Notes: generated by a model from the letters alone, not told the origin. 64,000 nucleotides of DNA from an uncultured Acidobacteriota bacterium (GCA_963761645.1 CAVXIG010000070.1:81663-145662); one strand, 5' to 3'; counted from the first letter of the stretch, positions 23,598 through 36,982 are shown. Made by a program: numbers and translations.

Positions 23598-24089
23598 TCA
23601 GCCTTTCTGGCCGGCATGATCCACTCCCGGCGGGCCGCTGCGTTTCAGGTGGACCCGGAAGCGTTCGGAGAGGGTGTCCTGAGCCTCCTGGGAGGGGGTG
23701 GCCACGAAGATGATGGAGTCGCCCGGCAGGACGCCGGCCACCTCGGGCCATTCTTCGTTGTCGATGGCGTCGGCCACCATCCGGGCGGCGTTCGGGCTGG
23801 TGGTGATCACCGTCAGGTAGGGACCGGAGCCGTGGACGCCCTGGATGAAGCCGAGCACCCCTTCGAAGTTCCCCGCTCCCACCTCCTTCCAGGGCTTCAG
23901 CACGTAGCGCCCCTTCACCCGCCGGATCCCCAGCTCCTGCAGGTCCCGGCTGATGCTCGACTGCGTCGCCTTGATCCCGAGCCCCGCCAGCAGCTCCACC
24001 AACTCCGCCTGGGACCCAATCGACGGGTACTCGGTGATGAGGTCTCCGATCGCCTCCAGGCGCCGCTTCTTCTGCTTGGTCATCGGCAT
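23598..24089 (-). CDS. ArgR-family transcriptional regulator (divergent paralog)
   Basis: I.SQAELVELL..LGIKATQSSISRDLQELG winged-HTH; C-terminal ArgR domain has GVLPGDSIIF where GTIAGDDTIF is canonical. Confidence 0.8.
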   Translation of the reverse strand: MPMTKQKKRRLEAIGDLITEYPSIGSQAELVELLAGLGIKATQSSISRDLQELGIRRVKGRYVLKPWKEVGAGNFEGVLGFIQGVHGSGPYLTVITTSPNAARMVADAIDNEEWPEVAGVLPGDSIIFVATPSQEAQDTLSERFRVHLKRSGPPGVDHAGQKG

Positions 24090-24358
24090 GAGCTTACTCC
24101 TTGAATATACGAACCATATTCCATTTCCAGGGTCCAAAGCAAGTCGGGGGTATTGACATCCGAATTCAATCTATGCATCATTATCCCAGCAGTAAGCAAT
24201 ACCACGGCGCATCATCCCATATCGGGTCGAACAGCTTCTCAAGGTATGCGAGGAGATATGGGGAACGATGGCTGGACGGGATTTCCAGCGAGATTGGATT
24301 TCCGGCGTCATGAAGGCGCCGGATTGGGGCCCTACAAAGGGGGCCAAGGAGAAAGACC

Positions 24359-24757
24359 ATGACGAAGCAGGACAAGACGTACTCGGGAAAGATGGGCGAC
24401 CTGACGCGGTTGACCGCCTCTCTGGCCGCCAACGCCACCGATCTCACCCACCTGGACGGCATCCGCGTCCGGCTGGAGAAGATCCTGGCCGACGCGCAGG
24501 AAGCGGCCAAGCAGCAGGCCGCGCTCACCGCCAGCAAGCAGGAGACGACGAAGCGGCTCAAGGGGCTGATCACCGAGGGCACACGGATCGCCACCGGGGT
24601 CGACAAGCTCCTCAAGGAGCACTACGGCCTGCGGGCGGAGAAGCTCGCGGAGTTCGGCCTCAAGCCGTTCCGTGGCCGGAAAGTGAAGTCGACCGAGGGC
24701 ACGGAAACGCCGACCCTCCCGCCGCCGGCCGTCCACCCCACCAACTCCAATCTGTAG
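24359..24757 (+). CDS. Hypothetical 132-aa helical/coiled-coil protein
   Basis: RBS AAGGAG, high-GC3 codon usage, heptad-like helix, C-terminal YGLRAEKLAEFGLKPFRGRK, followed by an intrinsic terminator. Confidence 0.8.
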   Translation: MTKQDKTYSGKMGDLTRLTASLAANATDLTHLDGIRVRLEKILADAQEAAKQQAALTASKQETTKRLKGLITEGTRIATGVDKLLKEHYGLRAEKLAEFGLKPFRGRKVKSTEGTETPTLPPPAVHPTNSNL

Positions 24758-24766
24758 GTCTTCCCC

Positions 24767-24799
24767 GGGAGCGCGCCGATCGGCGCGCTCCCCTTTTTT
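24767..24799 (+). terminator. Rho-independent terminator
   Basis: Palindrome GGGAGCGCGCCGATCGGCGCGCTCCC followed by C and T6. Confidence 0.85.
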
Positions 24800-24820
24800 G
24801 TCTCCACCTTCAGCAAAGTC

Positions 24821-25280
24821 GCTCGACAATGCCACGAAGTCAGCAGCGGCGGGACGCCGCAAGCTTCTCCACGACAAAGTAAGCCGCTCCAGGGCAGCGC
24901 CGGCTTATCCACGGTGAAGTCAGTTTCTCCAGGGCAAAGTCTCCAGCGGCGGGACGGAGCCGGCTTCTCCAGCATGGAGTCGGCTTCTCCAGGACGAAGC
25001 CGGCTTCTACAAAGCGGAGTCAGCTTCTACAAGGCGGAGTCAGTTCATCCAGGGCAAAGTCAGCTTCTCCGGCATGGAGTCGCCTTCTCCAGAGCGCCGC
25101 GGGCTCCTCCAAGGCGAAGTCAGCTTCTCCAGAGCAAAGTCGGCGTCTTTACGGCGCCGTCGATCGCGGCGGGACGGAGTCAGCTTCTCCAGGACAGAGT
25201 CCGCTTCTCCAGCGCGGAATCAGCGTCTTCAGAACGCAGCCGGCTTCTCCAAGGCAACGTAAGCTTCTCCACGATGCAGC
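24821..25280. repeat. Degenerate tandem array, 20-bp period, about 21-23 units, consensus approx. CAGCTTCTCCAGGGCGGAGT
   Basis: Units align three per 60-nt line, e.g. cggcttctccagcatggagt / cggcttctccaggacgaagc / cagcttctccagagcaaagt. Confidence 0.9.
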
Positions 25281-25320
25281 GACGAGCTCGACAGAGATCT
25301 TGTAGGGGCGGCCCTCAGTC

Positions 25321-25420
25321 CAGGAAGTGTTGGGTTCCGCCCCTTCAGGGCGGGTAGGGTTTGGGGACCGCCTACCTGGGGTTGAAACCCCAGGCTATTC
25401 AAATTTCGCCCTTTCAGGGC
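25321..25420. repeat. REP-like palindromic element
   Basis: GCCCCTTCAGGGC ... CCTGGGGTTGAAACCCCAGG ... GCCCTTTCAGGGC; related copies at 41216-41308 and 43441-43651. Confidence 0.8.
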
Positions 25421-25434
25421 GGGGCGACGTGCTG

Positions 25435-27295
25435 CTACCGCCCCGCCTCCTGACCCTCCACCACCGGCGCCTCGGGCTCCAGGTCCCGGGCCAGCACGCC
25501 GTAGCCGGAGGTGCCGATCAGGAGCTGGTCGCCGAGGACCCTGGCGGCGGAGATGTCGCGGGCGGGGACGGGGACGTCCACGGCCTGGAACTTGCGGGTC
25601 TGGCGGTCGAAGAGGCGGACGGTGTCGCCGCTCACCATCAGGGCGGGACGGCGGTCGTCGCCGGTGGGGATCAGGCGGGTGGACTCGCCCGTCAACTGCT
25701 TCCACTCGGCGTCCGGGCTGGTCAGGGTGTAGGTGCCGCCGGTGCCCCAGAGCAGGAGCTGGTCCTGCAGGCGCAGCAGCCTGCCCCCCTCGAACGGGGT
25801 CGGCGATGGTGTGGTTGGCGTCCGCCGTCAGCCGGTAGAGCCCCTGGGCGTCGGTCACCCAGAGGGCGTTGCCGTAGAAGGCGGCGGAGCGCGGCGCGCC
25901 GTGCTTGTAGGGGCGCGGCGAGAACAGCTTCCCCTTCAGCTCGAAGAGGCCGGCCGGCGTGCGGGCGAGCAGCCGCGGGCCGTCCGCCACGAACTGCTCG
26001 ACGGTGCCGTCGCCGAGGTCGCGCACCCAGTGCCACCCCTCGCCGCGGCGCTCGAAGAGACCCTTCTCGGTGGCGGCGAAGATCCGCCCCTGGTGGACGG
26101 CGATGTCGAGGACGAACGGCAGCGGGACGAAGCCGCCGAAGGTCTTGCCGCCGTCGCGCGACGAGTAGATGCCGGAGAACGGCCCGGCGTGGTTGACGGC
26201 GACCATCAGCTCCTTGCCGGCCACCGCGAAGGTGGAGACGCGGGTGTTGATCATCCCGGCGGTCGACGGCCGCAGCGTGGTGCCGCCGTCCTCGGAGATC
26301 CAGACCCCGGACCCCTCGGTGCCGAAGATCACCCGCTCCGGCCGCGACGGGTGGAAGGCGATCGACTGCACGGAGATCGCCGGATCGCCGACGCGGCGGA
26401 AGGTCTTGCCGCCGTCGTCGGAGACGTGGAGGCCGGCGACGGTGCCGGCGAGCAGGCGGCCGCTCGGCAGCGCGGCGAAGCTGGGGGTGCGGCGCTCCTC
26501 GAAGCCCTCTTTGGTGCGCTCCCACTTGTCGCCGCCGTTCAGGCTGTGGTAGACCCAGCCGCAGGTGGTCGCCCAGATCTCGCCGGGCTTGCCGGCCACC
26601 GGGGTCAGGCTGAACACCTCGGAGTCGAGGACCATGCCGTCGAACACGCCGGCCCAGGTCTTGCCGGCGTCGTTGCTCTTGTAGGCGCGCCGCCAGGTGC
26701 CGGCGATCACGCTGTCCGGGTGGTCGGGATCGACCATCAGGCTGGTGACCTTCTGCATGTCCGGCTGCTCGGCGGTCAGCCGCCGCCAGGTGGCGCCGCC
26801 ATCCTCGGTGCCGTAGACCCCGGAGAGGGTGCCGGCGTAGACCCGCCCCTCGCGGCCGGGGGTGAGCGCCAGGGTGTAGACCGGCTCCTCCGCCGGCAGG
26901 CCCTCGCGGACGCGGGAGATCCAGGTCTTGCCGAGGTCGTCGGAGGAGGCGACGTGGCCGCCCCCCCAGACCCCGCGCAGCGCCGCCCAGACACGGGCGG
27001 GATTGTTGGGATCGAAGCGGAGGTTGTTGACCACCCAGCCGGGGAACGGCAGGTGGGGACCGGCGTTGGCCCAGGTGCGGCCGCCGTTGCGCGACAGGTA
27101 GACCTGGCCGGACGCGGTGCCGGCGAGCACCAGGTCGGGGTTCTCGGGCTGCACGGCGACCGTCCGCACGTCGCCCCCCCAGATCGGCAGGTAGCGCCAG
27201 TCCGCGACGTCGGCCCGCGCCGGGGCCGCCGAGACCGACGCCACGCAGAGCAAAAACGCCACGCAGAGCAAGAGAGTCAGGATCCGATCAACCAT
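25435..27295 (-). CDS. Secreted BNR/Asp-box beta-propeller protein (YCF48/VPS10-like; frame break near 25800)
   Basis: Signal peptide; repeated SRNGGRTW, SDDLGKTW, TEDGGATW, SNDAGKTW, SDDGGKTF Asp-boxes. Confidence 0.8.
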
Positions 27296-28127
27296 CAGCC
27301 TTCTCATACCGTGTACCAATGACCTCCGCCAGAATCGATATGGCGATCTCGCCCGGGCTGTCGCCGCCGATCGGCAGTCCGATCGGCGCGCGCAGCCGGA
27401 TGTTTGAAAGATCGAAACCCCGCGCCGCGAGCTCTTCGCGGACCCGGGCCACCTTGCGCCGGCTCCCCATCAGCCCGAGGTAGCGCAGCCCCTCGGGAAT
27501 GTCGCGGAGCACGGCCGCGAGCGCCGCCGTGTCCGTCTCCCAGCAGCGGGAGACCACGGCGACGTAGATCTCGCGGCGGCGCACCGGGGCGAGGACATCC
27601 TCGCCGGTACTCTCGAAGTAATCCGGGTCCGCCGCGGCGATCCGCGCGCCCACGGGGAACAGACCCGGATCGCGAAACTCCGCGCGGTCGTCCACCACCA
27701 GGATCTCGAAACCGGCCAGCGCCGCCGCCTTCGCCAGCGCCTGCCCCACCGGACCGCCGCCGCAGACGACGAGCACGGGAGCGGCGACCATCACCTCGAG
27801 GAAGACCTCGGCCATGCCGCCGCAGACCATGCCGGTGGGCTCCCCCTTGGTCGCCTCCTCGGTCAGGTAGTAGCGCTTGATCTCGGAGGCGTCGACGCCG
27901 GCGCCCGCTTTCAATTTGGCCAGGGCGTCGGTCTTGACCAGCGCCTCGAACGCGCCGCCGCCCAGGTTGCCGACGAACGTGCCGTCCGGCCGCGCGAGCA
28001 GCTTCCAGCCCATCTTGCCGGGCGTCGAGCCCTCGGCGCGCACGATCTGGCAGAGCACCACGCGCCCATGCATCTGCAAAGAGCGTTCCGTCTCGGCGAG
28101 AACCTCGGGCGGAGCGGCGGCGACCAT
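27288..28127 (-). CDS. XdhC/CoxI-family molybdoenzyme maturation factor
   Basis: GSTPGKMG, GNLGGGAFE, GMVCGG, VVDDR, YLGLMGSRRK, APIGLPIGGDSPGEIAISILAE. Confidence 0.88.
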   Translation of the reverse strand: MVAAAPPEVLAETERSLQMHGRVVLCQIVRAEGSTPGKMGWKLLARPDGTFVGNLGGGAFEALVKTDALAKLKAGAGVDASEIKRYYLTEEATKGEPTGMVCGGMAEVFLEVMVAAPVLVVCGGGPVGQALAKAAALAGFEILVVDDRAEFRDPGLFPVGARIAAADPDYFESTGEDVLAPVRRREIYVAVVSRCWETDTAALAAVLRDIPEGLRYLGLMGSRRKVARVREELAARGFDLSNIRLRAPIGLPIGGDSPGEIAISILAEVIGTRYEKADG

Positions 28128-28250
28128 GGGAAGAGGATAACACCCCCCCTCCGGCGGCGAGTTTGGATCCCCGGTGATCCGATCCCGCCGGCATCGCGTA
28201 AGGTGACCGCTGCTCCTACAAAACGCCAGATTGAACGAGAGAGAGACCGT

Positions 28251-30412
28251 ATGAGACTTTGGATCCCCTGGGCGGTCCTGCTGCTGCTGAGCGCGCCGCC
28301 CATGACTGCCAGGGCCGCCGAGCCCCCCGCCACTCCGCCCTCGGACGAGAAACCGGCGGCGGCCGAGCCGAAGACGGATGAAGCGAAGGACAAGGACGAG
28401 AAGGACGAACGACTCCAGGTCTACGAGGAGATCCAGGTCATCGACCGCGCCTCGGACATGGTGGGCGTCGCCGACTCCGCCTCGGAGGGGGTGACGGGCC
28501 GCAAACAGCTCGAGCAGCGCCCCGTGCTGCGGCCGGGCGAGCTGCTGGAGACCGTTCCGGGGCGTGATCGTCACCCAGCACAGCGGCGAGCGGCAAGGCG
28601 AACCAGTACTTCCTGCGCGGCTTCAACCTCGACCACGGGACCGACTTCGCGGATCACCGTCGACGGCATCCCGGTCAACATGCCGCACCCACGCGCCACG
28701 GCCAGGGCTACAGCGACCTCAATTTCCTGATCCCCGAGCTGATCGACCGGCGTGCGCTACAAGAAGGGCGCCTACTACGCCGACGAGGGGGACTTCTCGG
28801 CCGCCGGCGCCGCGCGAGATGACCTATGTGACCAGCCGTGCCCAAGCGGCGATCGCCACCCTCGACGCTCGGGCACCGAGGGCTACCGCGCGGCCTGCTC
28901 GCCGCGGATTCGAGGACGATATGGCGGCGGCGACTTCCTGGGCGCTTTCGAGTACGGCAACAACGACGGCCCGTGGGTCCATCCGGACGACTACCGCAAG
29001 CTCAACGGCCTCCTGCGCTGGAACCGCGGGCGACGCCGGCAACGGCCTCACCGTGACCGCCATGGGCTACGACGGCCGCTGGAACTCGACCGACCAGATC
29101 CCGCGAGCGCGCCGTCGCCGAGGGGCTGATCGGCCGCTTCGGGACCATCGATCCCACCGACGGCGGCAGCACCTACCGCTACAGTCTCGCCGCCGACTGG
29201 CGGCGCGGCACCGACACCACGCTGACCCGCGCCAGCGTCTACGCCATGCGCTACGACGCTCGACCTGTTCTCGAACTTCACCTACTTCCTCGACGACCCG
29301 GTGAACGGCGACCAGTTCGAGCAGATCGACAACCGTACCGTCACCGGCTTCCAGCTCGAGCACCAGTGGCGGCCTTTCCCTGGGCAGCCGGACGGTCGAA
29401 GGCCTCCGCACCGGCGGCCTCCAGGTGCGCAACGACGACATCACGCAATGGGCCTCTTCCGCACCCGGGCGCAGGAGCGCCTCGGGGTCACCCGGCAAGA
29501 CGCGCAGCGAGACCAGTTGGCGGCGTCTACATCCAGGGGCGGGTCCGCTGGACTCCCTGGCTGCGCACAGTCGCCGGCCTGCGGGCCGACGGCTACTACG
29601 CTCAAGGTCGACAGCAACCTCGCGGAGAACTCCGGCACCCGCCGCGACGCGCTCCTGAGCCCCAAGCTCGCCGTCACCCTCGGCCCCTGGAGCGGGACCG
29701 AGCTCTACCTGAACTACGGCTACGGCTTCCACAGCAACGACGCCCGCGGCGCCACCCTCCGCGTCGATCCCCGGACGGGCGAGCCGGCCGAGCGGGTCAA
29801 CCCCTGGTGCGGGCGAAGGGCGCGGACGTCGGGGTCCGCACCACGGCGATCAAGGATCTCCAGACCTCGGTGACCGTCTTCCGGCTGGACCTCGACTCCG
29901 AGCTGATCTTCGTGGGAGACGCCGGGGTCACCGAGGCGAGCCGGCCCAGCCGGCGGCAGGGGATCGAGATGCAGAATTTCTACAGCCCGCGCCCCTGGCT
30001 CTCGATCGACTTCGACTACGCCTGGTCGCGCTCCCGCTTCAGCGACTTCGACCCGGCGGGGGACCGCATCCCCGGCTCCATCGAGAGCGCCCTCTCGGCG
30101 GGAGTTTCGGTCGAGGGGCGCGGCCCCTGGTTCGGCAGCCTGCGACTCCGCTACTTCGGTCCGCGGCCGCTGATCGAGGACGGCAGCATCCGCTCCGAGG
30201 CCTCGAACCTCCTCAACTTCCGTCTCGGCCGCCGCTTCCCCAACGGCCTCTCCCTGGCCGCCGAGGTCTTCAACCTGCTGAACGAACGGGTGAGCGACAT
30301 CGACTACTTTTACGAGTCCCGGCTGCCGGGAGAGCCCGGGCCGGTGAACGACCTGCATTCCCACCCGGCGGAGAAGAGATCGGTGCGCCTGGCGCTGGAA
30401 TGGCGCTATTGA
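28251..30412 (+). CDS. TonB-dependent receptor (many frame breaks)
   Basis: Signal peptide; plug SASEG..RP..RPGELLETVPG..TQHSG..KANQYFLRGFNLDHGTDF; barrel ending HP.EKRSVRLALEWRY. Confidence 0.85.
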
Positions 30413-30422
30413 GTAGCGCCGC

Positions 30423-31565
30423 CTAGAAGAGAAACGCGCTGCAGGCCACCAGCCCGCCGGCGAGCCGGAGCAGCGCCGGCCGTTCGAGCCGTTCCAGGGC
30501 GACCGCCAGCAGCAGGCCCACGCCATGGAGCGCCGCGGTGGTGACCGCGAGGCCGGCGATGAACCCCAGGCCGGAGCTCCCGGCCGCCATCTGGGCGGCA
30601 TGGGCGTGGCCGTGGAAGACCGCGAAAACGCCCACCAGGGTGGCGCTCGCCAGGGGGCGCCAGTGGACCGCGGCGGCGACCAGCAGGCCGAGCACGAAGA
30701 GCGAGGCGGTGATCCCGCTCTCGACGAAGGGGAGCGGGACGCCGGCGAGCCCCAGGCCGCCGCCGGCGAGCATGAGGGCCACGAAGGCGCAGGGCACCTT
30801 CCAGCGGGCCTTCCCCCCCATCTGCCCCGCCCAGAGACCGACGGCGATCATGGCGACCAGATGGTCCAGCCCGTTCAGCGGGTGCCTGACCCCGGCGAGG
30901 AGATCGCCGCCGCCGAAGAGCGGGCGCGCGACCGCCGCCGAAGCGAGCCAGAGGGAGACCAGGGAGAGGAAGAACGCGAGCGCCGGAGCCTTATCGATCA
31001 GGCCGCCGAGCTTCTTCATGCCCAGGCGGACCCTCGACTTCACCGATCCGAGCGGCACCGCGAGCCGCCGGGCGATCTCGCGATGGGAGAGGTCCTCCTC
31101 GAAAGCGAGGGCGAGACAGGTCCGCTGCTCCGGGGACAGGCGGACCAGGGCTTCGCGGACCCTGCCGATCCGTTCGAGATGCTCCAGTCGCGCGATGCCG
31201 ACCGGCTCGAGCGACGGCTCCCGCTCGCTGAACGCCGCTTCCCGGCGGCTGCGGGTGGCGTCGCGCCGCAGCGAGTCCAGCGCCCGCGACCGCGCCATGA
31301 CCAGCAGCCAGACGCAGGGGGTGCCCGCCTCCGGCCGGTAGCGGCCGGCCTGAACCCAGGCGCGCAGGAACGTCTCCTGGAGGATCTCCTCCGACCGGCC
31401 CGGGTCGCGCAGGATCGGGATCGGATAAGCCAGGACGACCGGGGCCAGGCGGTTGAACAGCTCGGCGAAGGCTTCGTGATCCCCCTCGGCGACCCGGGAG
31501 AGCAGAAGCCGGTCCTGCCCGGCAGACACCTCGATCCTGCTCGCGGTGGACGCGTTCTCACTCAC
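30423..31565 (-). CDS. ECF sigma factor (SigK-like) fused in frame to a HupE/UreJ-family Ni/Co permease
   Basis: Sigma2/sigma4 (EEILQETFLRAW..A..Y, SH.EIA.RL.VPLGSVKSRVRLG) followed without a stop by HPLNGLDHLVAMIAVGLWA...VESGI..S...FAVFHGHAH. Confidence 0.8.
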   Translation of the reverse strand: MSENASTASRIEVSAGQDRLLLSRVAEGDHEAFAELFNRLAPVVLAYPIPILRDPGRSEEILQETFLRAWVQAGRYRPEAGTPCVWLLVMARSRALDSLRRDATRSRREAAFSEREPSLEPVGIARLEHLERIGRVREALVRLSPEQRTCLALAFEEDLSHREIARRLAVPLGSVKSRVRLGMKKLGGLIDKAPALAFFLSLVSLWLASAAVARPLFGGGDLLAGVRHPLNGLDHLVAMIAVGLWAGQMGGKARWKVPCAFVALMLAGGGLGLAGVPLPFVESGITASLFVLGLLVAAAVHWRPLASATLVGVFAVFHGHAHAAQMAAGSSGLGFIAGLAVTTAALHGVGLLLAVALERLERPALLRLAGGLVACSAFLF

Positions 31566-31619
31566 TGTGGATTTCCTCCGTTGGCGGCATTATACGCGCC
31601 TCCCCGGAGGAGCGCAGCC

Positions 31620-34352
31620 CTAGCCGGCCGGCGGCGGCTCCTGGGGGGCCTCGTCGTCGTCTTCCGCCGGTGCCGCCGGCGCCTCCGCCGGGGCGGCCGG
31701 CTCCGGGTTCCTGCCGATCGCCTGGCTGCCGGCGGGGATCACGCCGGACCCCTGCACCATCCCCACCGGTCCTTCCGGCACCAGCGAGGGGGGCGCTTTC
31801 GCGGGCTCCTGCCGGGTGGGCCGGGCGGTCGGGCGGATCAGGATCATGCCGTCGTCGTCCTCCGGTGCCCCGGCCGATCAGCCGCCGATCCCCCGGACGC
31901 CGGCACGGCCACCGGGTGCGGCGGGAAGGTGCGCGCGGGGGAGATCACGATCGGCCCGTCGCCGCCGGGATCGGTGATCTGCAGCCCGTCGTCGGTGATC
32001 GCGTAGCGCGGCTCCTCGGTGTCGGCGGGATCGATCGGCAGGCCGGTCTCGGGATCGATCAGCGGCTGGCCGAGCGTCAGGTCGGCGGTCTGGTCGTAGC
32101 CGCCCGGCGAGTGGCGCCGGCAGACCTCGTTCGGCACCGCCCAGTCGGGGAAGATCTCGGTGACGCGGTACGGGCAGTACTCGGTCGCCAACTGGCCGGT
32201 GGTCGGATCGACCGTCACCTGGGTGACGCCGGCCGGGCGCGGGAAGTCGCGGTAGCCGCCGGCCGGACGGACGGCGGCGGTGAAGCGGCTCCAGATCGGC
32301 AGCGCCGCCCGGGCGCCGGAGAGATTCGTCGGGGAGTTGTCGTCGTAGCCCACCCAGACGATCGTGACGCGGTCCGGCGAGTAGCCGGCGAACCAGTTGT
32401 CGCGGCGGTCGTTGGTGGTGCCGGTCTTGCCGGCGAGCGGCCCGTCCACCCCCTGGCCGCGGGCGGCGGCGGCGGTGCCGTGGGCGACCACCCCCTGGAG
32501 CATCGAGGTCACCAGATAGGCCGACGGCGCCGGCAGCGCCCGGCGCCGGGACGGCAGGTCGTCGCCCGAGCATCGGCTCCCCCTTGCGGTCGAGCACGGC
32601 GGCGAGGCCGTGGATCGACGGCCGCAGGCCGCCGGCGGCGAGCGTCGAGTAGACCTCGGCCAGCTCGAACGGGCTCGCCTCGAAGGCGCCGAGCGCCAGC
32701 GACGGCCGCGGCTCGAGCGTCTCGCCCTCGAGCCCCATCGCCTTGGCCAGCTCGATCACCCGCGGCATCCCCACCTGCAGGGCCACCCGCACGGTGGGGA
32801 TGTTGAGGCTCTGCTCCAGCGCCGTGCGCGCCGTCACCCAGCCGCGGAAGCCGCGGTCGTAGTTCTGCGGCCGCCAGCTCGCGGTGCCGATGCGGACGTC
32901 GATCGGCGAATCCTTGAGCAGCGACGCCGGGGTGACCACCCCCTCGGTGAGCGCCGCCGCGTAGATCACCGGCTTGAAGGCGCTGCCGACCTGGCGCTTG
33001 GCCTGCACCACGCGGTTGAACTGGCTCTTCTCATAGTCGCGGCCGCCCACCCAGGCGAGCACCGAGCCGTCGCGCGGATCGACCGAGACCAGCGCCGACT
33101 GCAGCTTGCGCTTGCCCTTCCCCTTCTTGCCGCTGTCGCCGAGGCTGGCCAGCCCCTGCTCCACCGCCGCCTCGGCCCGCCGCTGATCGCTCCAGCGCAG
33201 GGTCGAGAAGAGCAGGTACCCCTTGCCTCCCAGCTCGTCGACGCTGAAGCGTTCCCGGCCTCGTTCTCGGCGGCGCTGGCGAAGTAGGGGGCGATCGGCC
33301 GCGGCTCGACGGTGTGCGGCGCGGTCGCCCAGGGGCTGGCCTTGAGCCTGCCGCATCCGCTCGGGGGTGATCCATTTGAGCTCGCCCATGCGCTGGAGCA
33401 CCCGGTTGCGCCGCTCGAGCGCGCGGTCGGGGTGCTCCAGCGGCGAGTTGCCGGCCGGCGACTGGATCATCCCCGCCAGCGTCGCGGCCTGCTCCAGCGA
33501 CAGCTCGGCGGCGTCGCGGCCGAAGAAGGCGCGGGCGGCGGCCCCGAAGCCGATCACGTTGGCCGGGCCGCTGCGGCCCAGGTAGATCTCGTTCAGGTAG
33601 GCCTCGAGGATCGCCCGCTTGCCATGGCGCAGCTCCAGCATCATGGCGATCATCGCCTCCTCGGCCTTGCGGCTGAGCGTGCGGTGGCTGTTCAGATAGA
33701 CGTTCTTGACCAGTTGCTGGGTGATCGTGCTCCCCCCCTGCTGCACCTCGCCCCCCCGCAGGTTGACCCAGAGGGCGCGGACGATGCCGCTCGGCGACAC
33801 GCCGGGATGGGTGAAGAACCCCGAATCCTCGGCCGCCAGCACGGTCTTCACCACCTCGTCCGGCAGCTCGTCGAGGGTGACCGGACGGCGCTCCTCCACC
33901 TCGTCGTCGTAGTACGAGGCGAGCAGCGCCGGCTCCAGCGCGGCGTCGTGGGCCGGCTTGCCCGACACCGAAACCGCCGCCACGCGATCGCCGCGGAAGG
34001 CGGCGATCACCAGCCCGCCGCCGGCCGTGCCGTCCGGAGTGGGATAACGGCGCACCCCCACCCCCACGCGGTCGCCGATGCGGCGGAAGGTCCCCCGGGT
34101 GACCGCCGTTCCCGGCGGCGCCTCGCGGTAGCCGGTGTCCGCGAGCTCCGCCACCAGCTCCGCGGGGGAGAGCGGCAGGCCCGGCGTCAGCACGGTGGCG
34201 GCGGCGTAGAGCCGGGAGGGCTGCTTGAAGGGCGCCTCCGGAAACTTGCGCGACAGGTTCCAGAGATAGCCCGCGAGAAGGAAGCCACAGAGGAACAGAG
34301 CCGCCGAGACGGACAGTCCGGCGATGACGAGCTTCCGGCGGCCGGGACTCAT
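31620..34352 (-). CDS. Class A penicillin-binding protein (PBP1B-like; frame breaks)
   Basis: TM anchor, UB2H-like insert, transglycosylase AAEDSGF...QGGSTITQQLVKN...RK.EE, transpeptidase SAFK, SLN, KTGTT; Pro-rich tail. Confidence 0.88.
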
Positions 34353-34550
34353 CTCGGGGAATTCCCGGCGGGGTCGTCGAAAGGCGTAACCTGCCTGCAT
34401 CATCATCTGCTCCCGCGGGGCGTTATTGGTTCAACTCAGGATTGCCGCCGCTATATCCCGGGACTAGGGCAAGCTACGTGCCAGCCCTTCTGGGCACAGG
34501 GGTTGCAGCTCTGGTCCTGAGCGGGAAGGTTCGGGGATGAGGAGAAACGA

Positions 34551-34861
34551 ATGAACGAACTGCTGGAGAAGACCTGCAAGCCCTCGGAAGGGGGCGCCGT
34601 GAAGGGGGACGAGCTGCGCAAGCTCTTCGGCCAGCTTCAGTATGGCTGGACGATGCCCAACGAGCATCACCTGGAGAAGGAGTACCGCTTCAAGGATTTC
34701 CGGGAGGCCCTCGATTTCGTCAACCGACTGGGCGAGATCGCCGAGCGGGAGGGGCACCACCCCGACATCTATCTGACCTGGGGGAAGGTGAAGGTGACCC
34801 TCTGGACCCACTCCGTGGGCGGGCTCACCGAGAACGACTTCATCCTGGCGGCGAAGGCGGA

Positions 34862-34874
<13 letters not shown>
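34551..34874 (+). CDS. phhB: Pterin-4a-carbinolamine dehydratase
   Basis: F.DFREAL.FVN....AE.EGHHPDI...WG.V...WTH..GGLTENDFILAAK.D. Confidence 0.92.
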
Positions 34875-36910
<2,036 letters not shown>

Positions 36911-36982
36911 AACTCGGCCTTCAGGCGGAATAGGGCCTGCTGAACTGCTGGATGGGATAATGATAGCTGACTCAGGAGCGAG

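Noticed and set aside
24095-24185. ARG boxes upstream of the ArgR paralog
   Set aside because: Only half-site-like TGAAT/TGCAT words with non-canonical spacing
24821-25280. CRISPR array
   Set aside because: 20-bp period with only about 6 variable bases, degenerate repeats, no unique 25-45 bp spacers and no cas genes in the window
24914-25357. 147-aa ORF with 20-aa periodicity
   Set aside because: Expected by-product of translating a largely stop-free 20-bp repeat; no RBS and no typical codon bias
28128-28250. Moco or cobalamin riboswitch upstream of the TonB receptor
   Set aside because: Some pairing potential, but the conserved cores could not be matched by eye; needs Infernal/Rfam
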